NCBI GenBank assembly: GCA_965224465.1
Contig: OZ245049.1
Coordinates: forward strand, 4,200,001-4,232,000
Length of the DNA: 32,000 bases
Source of the DNA: Flavobacteriaceae bacterium
GTDB lineage: Bacteria; Bacteroidota; Bacteroidia; Flavobacteriales; Flavobacteriaceae
Reading direction: 5' to 3'
A program made the position numbers and the translations under genes. This document shows positions 27,014-32,000 of this stretch, piece by piece. The stretch's first letter is position 1. Each line of letters begins with the position of its first letter. The notes under the pieces are model-generated. The model saw nothing but the letters and a program-made list of their open reading frames with translations. It made no database searches and had not been told where the DNA came from.

Positions 27014-27766
27014 TTGAGATATTTTCTAGAATTAAGCTATAATGGTAAAAATTATCATGGCTGGCAAATACAACCCCACGATACATCGGTACAGCAAGTG
27101 GTGCAAGAGTGCTTGACTACGATATTGAGAGTTCCAATAGAAGTGGTTGCCGCAGGAAGAACAGATGCTGGAGTACATGCCTCTCGGATATTTGTACATA
27201 TGGATTTTGACCGTGTGTTGGACGAAAAGGATATGTTGTATAAAATGAATAGCTTATTTCCTTTTGATATTGCTGCTAGAAGCTTGGTGCGTGTAAAAGA
27301 AGATGCACATGCGCGATTTACAGCTGTCTCTAGAAGTTATGAATACCATATTAGTTTAGAGAAAAATCCGTTTGCTAAGGATTATTCTTTGCAAGTGGTA
27401 AATCAGCAGTTTGATATTGAAAAAATGAATCAAGCAGCTTCTTTATTATTGAATTATAAAAATTTTAAATGTTTTTCTAAGACAAAAACAGATGTAAAAA
27501 CGTATAATTGTGATATTACGAGTGCAGAATGGAAGATAAATGGGAAAGAACTTGTTTTTTATATTTCTGCAGATCGGTTTTTGCGAAACATGGTAAGGGC
27601 CATTGTAGGAACTTTATTGAAAGTTGGAAAAGGAAAAATGACGATAGAACAATTTGAAAATGTGATACAAAGCAAGGATAGACGAAATGCAGGTACTTCT
27701 ATGCCAGCCTGTGGCTTGTTTTTAACCCAAGTAGGATATCCGTTAGCAATCTTTGATTATGAATAA
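27014..27766 (+). CDS. truA: tRNA pseudouridine(38-40) synthase TruA
   Basis: MRYFLELSYNGKNYHGWQIQ, the catalytic GRTDAGVHA, and FLRNMVRAIVGTL. TTG start codon. Confidence 0.9.
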   Translation: MRYFLELSYNGKNYHGWQIQPHDTSVQQVVQECLTTILRVPIEVVAAGRTDAGVHASRIFVHMDFDRVLDEKDMLYKMNSLFPFDIAARSLVRVKEDAHARFTAVSRSYEYHISLEKNPFAKDYSLQVVNQQFDIEKMNQAASLLLNYKNFKCFSKTKTDVKTYNCDITSAEWKINGKELVFYISADRFLRNMVRAIVGTLLKVGKGKMTIEQFENVIQSKDRRNAGTSMPACGLFLTQVGYPLAIFDYE

Positions 27767-29528
27767 AAAAACAACTGGAAATGCATTTGATGCTGCGGTT
27801 TTTACCCGCTTGATGAAATTTGCTCAAAATTATAGATGGCAATTTTTCCTGTCTGTTTCCGCAGCTATTTTATTGTCTGTGTTTGCCGCTGCAAGACCCT
27901 ACTTATTAAAAGAAATAGTAGATGTTCATATGTTGGCTAACAAAGATCCTGAAGGCTTGCTCTTTTATTCCTTATTAGTAGTTGCTGTTCTTTTTATAGA
28001 AGTTTTTTTACAATTTATATTTATACATTCGGCAAATTGGTTGGGACAACACATTATTAGCGATATTAGAGCGGTGCTATTTAAACATATGCTTAATTTT
28101 AAGATGACATATTTTGATAATGCATCGGTTGGAAAATTAGTGACAAGGGTGGTTTCTGATACAGAGACTATTGCTCAGTTTTTTAGCCAAGGCTTGTTTA
28201 TGATTGTAAGCGATGTGTTAAAAATGATATTTATTGCCGCATTGATGCTGTATATGAATTGGAAATTGGCTTTAATTGCTTTTTTGGTATTGCCTATATT
28301 GTTGTATGCGACGCGTGTTTTTCAGATAGCCATCAAAGGGGCTTTTCAAGATGTGAGGAAACAAGTGTCAGAACTTAATGGTTTTGTACAAGAGCGCGTA
28401 TCTGGAATGCGTATTGTTCAATTGTTTAATAGGGAACAAATAGAACGGGAAAAATTTATTAAAATAAATGAAAGTCATAAAAATGCTCAAATAAGAACTG
28501 TTTGGTATTATTCTATATTTTTTCCTATTGCGGAGATTTTGTCATCCATAGCTGTTGGGTTATTGGTGTGGTACGGAGGTGTACAAGTGGCAGCCGGAGA
28601 GCAGGTGTCTGTTGGAGATGTTATTTCTTTTATCATGATGGCGCAGATGTTGTTTAGACCTCTTCGTCAAATAGCGGATAAATTTAATACACTCCAAATG
28701 GGGATGGTTGCAGGAAATAGGGTTTTTGAAGTGCTAGATACAGAAAGTCAGATAGAAAAATCAGGACAGGTAACCGCTCATAATTTTAAAGGTGTTATTG
28801 AGTTTGATCAAGTTCGTTTTAGTTATGTGAAAGATCAAGAAGTACTCAAAGGGATTAGTTTTAAAGTAGAAGCCGGTGAAACGGTGGCGATAGTAGGAGC
28901 TACTGGAGCAGGAAAATCTACGATTGTCAATTTGGTAAACCGTTTTTATGAAATACAAGATGGTGTAATCTCTGTGGATGGCGTAAATATAAAAGATTAT
29001 ATCGTGTCAACTTTAAGAAATGAAATAGCAGTAGTGTTACAAGATGTTTTCTTGTTCTCGGATTCTATTTATAATAATATCGTTTTAAATAATACTGATA
29101 TTCCTTTAGAAAAAGTGATTGAAGCTGCGAAATTAATAGGGATTCATGAATTTATAATGAGTTTGCCTGGTGGGTATTCTTATAATGTAAGAGAGCGAGG
29201 AGTTATGTTGTCCTCTGGACAGCGTCAATTAATTTCTTTTTTGAGAGCCTATATCAGTAAGCCAAGTATTTTAATTTTAGATGAAGCTACTTCGTCTATT
29301 GATACCTATTCTGAGCAATTAATTCAAAATGCAACAGAGGCCATTACTCAAAATCAGACCTCAATTATTATAGCTCATAGATTGACCACAGTAAAAAATG
29401 CTGATCGAATTATTGTGATGGATCAGGGTGAAATTATGGAGATAGGTTCGCATAAAGAACTATTGGAAAAAGAGGGCTTCTATAAAAATTTATACGATAT
29501 GCAATTTGCTTCAGGAGAAATAATATAG
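27753..29528 (+). CDS. ABC transporter, fused permease/ATPase (MsbA-like exporter)
   Basis: 6-TM ABC_membrane domain, then Walker A GATGAGKST, signature LSSGQRQ and Walker B ILILDEATS. Overlaps truA by 14 nt (alternative ATG at 27759). Confidence 0.9.
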   Translation: MIMNKKTTGNAFDAAVFTRLMKFAQNYRWQFFLSVSAAILLSVFAAARPYLLKEIVDVHMLANKDPEGLLFYSLLVVAVLFIEVFLQFIFIHSANWLGQHIISDIRAVLFKHMLNFKMTYFDNASVGKLVTRVVSDTETIAQFFSQGLFMIVSDVLKMIFIAALMLYMNWKLALIAFLVLPILLYATRVFQIAIKGAFQDVRKQVSELNGFVQERVSGMRIVQLFNREQIEREKFIKINESHKNAQIRTVWYYSIFFPIAEILSSIAVGLLVWYGGVQVAAGEQVSVGDVISFIMMAQMLFRPLRQIADKFNTLQMGMVAGNRVFEVLDTESQIEKSGQVTAHNFKGVIEFDQVRFSYVKDQEVLKGISFKVEAGETVAIVGATGAGKSTIVNLVNRFYEIQDGVISVDGVNIKDYIVSTLRNEIAVVLQDVFLFSDSIYNNIVLNNTDIPLEKVIEAAKLIGIHEFIMSLPGGYSYNVRERGVMLSSGQRQLISFLRAYISKPSILILDEATSSIDTYSEQLIQNATEAITQNQTSIIIAHRLTTVKNADRIIVMDQGEIMEIGSHKELLEKEGFYKNLYDMQFASGEII

Positions 29529-29555
29529 AAACAAATTGCAATAGCTTGTTTTTAG

Positions 29556-30779
29556 TTAAGGTGTTGTTTTTAATGATTTTAATAGCCAAGCACATAAAAA
29601 CACTCCTATAATAGAAAGACATCCCATCAATATCCAATTGCTGTTGTATCCGTAGGTGTCAATTATTTCCATTCCTACTTTTGCGCTGAATATATGAGCT
29701 AAAGAAAATGACATTGCGTATAGTGCCATGTATTGTCCTTCTTTTCCTTTGGTTGCTCTATTCATTGCAAATGTGTTTGTAAATGGAAAAGCAAGCATTT
29801 CTGCAAGGGTAACGATTATCATACTAACAATTAGTATTCCGATCCAAGAGATTGGTAATAAAAAAAAGCTACATGAAAATAATACCATACTAAATAGTAT
29901 TATTTTTATCTTGTTCCATAACGTTTTTTCTATATAGTGGATAGCTGGCATTTCTAAAAAAAAGATAAGCAAGCCGTTTAAGGACATAAGTAAGCCTATT
30001 TCCACTTCTGTGAGTCCGTGTACTTCCTTATAAAAAAGAGGCATGGTTGTAAATAATTGAAAAAACACAAAACCCATTAAAAACATAATAGCTAAAAATA
30101 TCCAATAAGGTTTGTCTTTGTATATAGAAATGGTTTTGTTTTTTTGAAACTCTTCTTTTGTTGTTTCTTTAATCTCTGGTGTGTTTATCTTTTTTTCTTT
30201 TAAAACTGTTTTAAATACTAAAATTGCCGAAATACAGGTGAGTCCATCTATCCAAAATAATCCTTTGTAACTTAAGAAAGATATAATAATCCCTCCTAAG
30301 AAAGGACCCAGTGAAAATCCTAAATTAATGGCCAAGCGGACTAATGTTAATGATCTAGTTTGGTTTTTAGGTTTACTGTACGCCTTAAGAGAGACATACA
30401 TGGCAGGTCTAAATGTGTCTGCTATGGTCATAGTGATAAATATCCCAATACTAAATTCAGTAAAAGTACTCGCAAATTGTAAGCCTAAAAAACAAAGTCC
30501 CGTTAAGAGTAAACTCCAAACCATTACTTTGTAAAATCCAAATTTATCTGTAAGTTTTCCGCCAAGCCATGAGCCCGCAAGAGAACCAAGTCCAAAGACA
30601 CTCATTATCCAACCTACATTACTTAAAGAAAAATTTAAGTAGTCTGTTAGGTAGAGTGATAAAAAGGGTAAAACCATGGTGCCAGCCCTATTGATAAATG
30701 TTACAAGTGCAAGCCACCAAATATCGTTTGATAGCCCAGAAAATGATGCTTTATAGTTTGTTAATAGTTTTCTTACCAT
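29556..30779 (-). CDS. MFS transporter
   Basis: 407 aa, ~12 TM helices. Motifs WLGGKLTDKFG (motif A-like) and INRAGTMVLPFLSLYL. Confidence 0.85.
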   Translation of the reverse strand: MVRKLLTNYKASFSGLSNDIWWLALVTFINRAGTMVLPFLSLYLTDYLNFSLSNVGWIMSVFGLGSLAGSWLGGKLTDKFGFYKVMVWSLLLTGLCFLGLQFASTFTEFSIGIFITMTIADTFRPAMYVSLKAYSKPKNQTRSLTLVRLAINLGFSLGPFLGGIIISFLSYKGLFWIDGLTCISAILVFKTVLKEKKINTPEIKETTKEEFQKNKTISIYKDKPYWIFLAIMFLMGFVFFQLFTTMPLFYKEVHGLTEVEIGLLMSLNGLLIFFLEMPAIHYIEKTLWNKIKIILFSMVLFSCSFFLLPISWIGILIVSMIIVTLAEMLAFPFTNTFAMNRATKGKEGQYMALYAMSFSLAHIFSAKVGMEIIDTYGYNSNWILMGCLSIIGVFLCAWLLKSLKTTP

Positions 30780-30782
30780 AGT

Positions 30783-30816
30783 ATAAAAATAAAAAACCCG
30801 GCGATGTGCCGGGTTT
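30783..30816 (-). terminator. Strong intrinsic terminator ending 3-4 nt upstream of the MFS start codon (attenuator candidate)
   Basis: On the minus strand: AAACCCGGC-ACATC-GCCGGGTTT (perfect 9-bp stem) followed by TTTATTTTTAT, then ACT-ATG. Confidence 0.75.
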
Positions 30817-30946
30817 AAATTGTTTTGAAATATTGTATATAAGTACTATCCATTCATGTCAATTTTTCCGGGGGTTCAGTGGAACCACGCGCGTATACTT
30901 TTTGATATGTGAATAATAGATGTTCATTTATAAGCTGTTTGAAAAT

Positions 30947-30954
30947 CAAAACTA
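30947..30954 (-). promoter_or_regulatory. -7 box (TAGTTTTG on the minus strand) for the MFS leader transcript
   Basis: Exact TAnnTTTG ~130 nt upstream of the terminator at 30783-30816. Motif only. Confidence 0.35.
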
Positions 30955-31184
30955 CATTATTTTTTAATTTCTTCGTTCTTTTATTTGTTATATTTGAATG
31001 CTGTATTTGTGATAGTAGGTTTTAACCTTCTTTTTTGCTTATAGATTGTACATAAAAAATAAAAACAATAAAAAAGAGAAGGCTTTTAAGTGATGCGTTT
31101 ACCCTACTTATAGTTGGGTCTTGGACTGCTTAGTATGCGTTTTAGTGATTTTAAGTGGGATGTTATCTAGAAATCAGTATTTTA

Positions 31185-31296
31185 GTTTTCGGAAGTAGAT
31201 GGCTTTGGATTTAGTTCCCAGAGGCACTTCCCTAAAATAGAACATCGTTTTCCTGAAGTATACCTCGTGTCTTTGCGGCGAGACTATTGATTTACA
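31185..31296 (+). repeat. Hairpin-repeat family 2, copy B
   Basis: Aligns by eye with 5753-5836 (see that feature), with a longer central spacer. Confidence 0.4.
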
Positions 31297-31510
31297 AACG
31301 AGAAATTCACTGATATTTTAAGGTGAAATAAAGAAATAATTGGGTGCTTATTTCTGTGAGAGAACATTATGAAATTGTGCATGAATTGCTATATTGTAAA
31401 GGCTAAAAAAAAACTATTTATGCGTTTTTTTTAAAGGTAATTTTAATAGCAAACGTATCAAATTATTTAAACAAAACCAATGAATTACAAATTGTTTGTC
31501 CATCGGTTAT

Positions 31511-31671
31511 TAATGCCAAATACATTTTCAAGTGACGGTTTAGAAATGGGATTAGTTTTTGTTTTAGCTAAGCGATAATTCTAAGGATAGCCTTAGTTAT
31601 CGTTCTGTTTTTTAACAACGCTAGAACGTGAAATTAACTATTTATATCGGTTATTTTGGATTGTAATTGGT
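31511..31671 (+). repeat. ~160-bp conserved intergenic element, copy 4
   Basis: Starts TAATGCCA. All three invariant blocks are present. Hairpin 1 carries a C-to-T change (CATTTT/GAAATG). Lies ~80 nt upstream of the DUF1684 gene. Confidence 0.9.
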
Positions 31672-31748
31672 GTAAAACAGTTAGTAGCAACAAATAAAAG
31701 CGCATCCATATAGTAAAGTAGATTCCTTTAATTTTTAATATTATAAAG

Positions 31749-32000
31749 ATGAATATGAACAAAATTATAATACTTTTTCTACTCGCAAGTCTTGCAAGTT
31801 GTAATGCTCAAAAGAACGATTTTATAAAAGAAGTAGAGCAGTTCCAATATAAATTGAATGTGCAATATTCTGATGTAGACGATTCTCCTTTGACTCCAAA
31901 AGATATGAAGTCTTTTAAAAGTTTGGTCTTTTTTGAAATAAATAAGAATTTTAAAGTGATTGCAGATTTTAAAGAAACTCCAGATACCGATATTTTTGAA
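31749..32000 (+). CDS. DUF1684-family lipoprotein, N-terminal part (continues past the window end)
   Basis: My own translation: MNMNKIIILFLLASLASCNAQKNDFIKEVEQFQYKLNVQYSDVDDSPLTPKDMKSFKSLVFFEINKNFKVIADFKETPDTDIFE. The frame is open for 84 codons to the window edge. Lipobox LASC, and the SPL...F..L.FF pattern of DUF1684. It is absent from the ORF track because no stop codon falls inside the window. Confidence 0.65.
   Translation, partial: MNMNKIIILFLLASLASCNAQKNDFIKEVEQFQYKLNVQYSDVDDSPLTPKDMKSFKSLVFFEINKNFKVIADFKETPDTDIFE

Noticed and set aside
29529-29551. AAACAA/TTGTTT hairpin between the convergent ABC and MFS genes as a bidirectional terminator
   Set aside because: The stem is only 6 A/T-rich base pairs and competes with the internal palindrome ATTGCAAT. 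It is too weak to call from sequence alone.
30840-30900. Assigning the GC-rich MFS leader patch to a named riboswitch class (guanidine, fluoride, xanthine/NMT1, TPP and others)
   Set aside because: I could not match any signature sequence I remember (for example the TPP CTGAGA box, the B12 box, ACGR loops or the crcB core). Naming a class would be invention.
10159-31671. Whether the four repeats could be a CRISPR array or integron attC sites
   Set aside because: The copies are ~160 bp long and 2.5-10 kb apart, separated by housekeeping genes with their own promoters. There are no cas genes and no intI integrase. The structure does not fit CRISPR or integron cassette architecture.

Overview
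AT-rich chromosomal segment with the hallmarks of Bacteroidota, most likely Flavobacteriia. Evidence: TAnnTTTG -7 promoter boxes and no Shine-Dalgarno sites; a rho gene with a long K/E/P-rich N-terminal insertion next to a DUF4293 gene; DUF2147 and DUF5686 genes; a coaX-OMP-TPR-lptC-CNNM-ppiD envelope block. I count about 26 protein genes, mostly on the + strand and mostly housekeeping or envelope functions, plus two tandem tRNA-Phe(GAA) genes. I see no transposase, integrase, CRISPR array, toxin-antitoxin pair or recognisable defence gene. Four things are not explained by ordinary annotation. (1) A ~160-bp intergenic element occurs four times in the same orientation (10159, 12676, 21222, 31511). 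It has invariant blocks, conserved inverted repeats and no conserved ORF. Two copies bracket an orphan GH29 fucosidase gene. I do not recognise it as a known RNA or repeat family. (2) A tight four-gene operon (5973-10144) encodes an SPT-like alpha-oxoamine synthase, a large GNAT-like acyltransferase, an NAD-dependent reductase and an IPC/SM-synthase-like PAP2 protein. It reads as a complete sphingolipid or sulfonolipid pathway with a head-group step. (3) A promoter, a leader with a 22-codon uORF and a strong intrinsic terminator abut the start codon of an MFS transporter. (4) Several long ORF-free intergenic regions carry a second, weaker hairpin-repeat family. All product calls come from reading motifs in the supplied translations; no database search was run.
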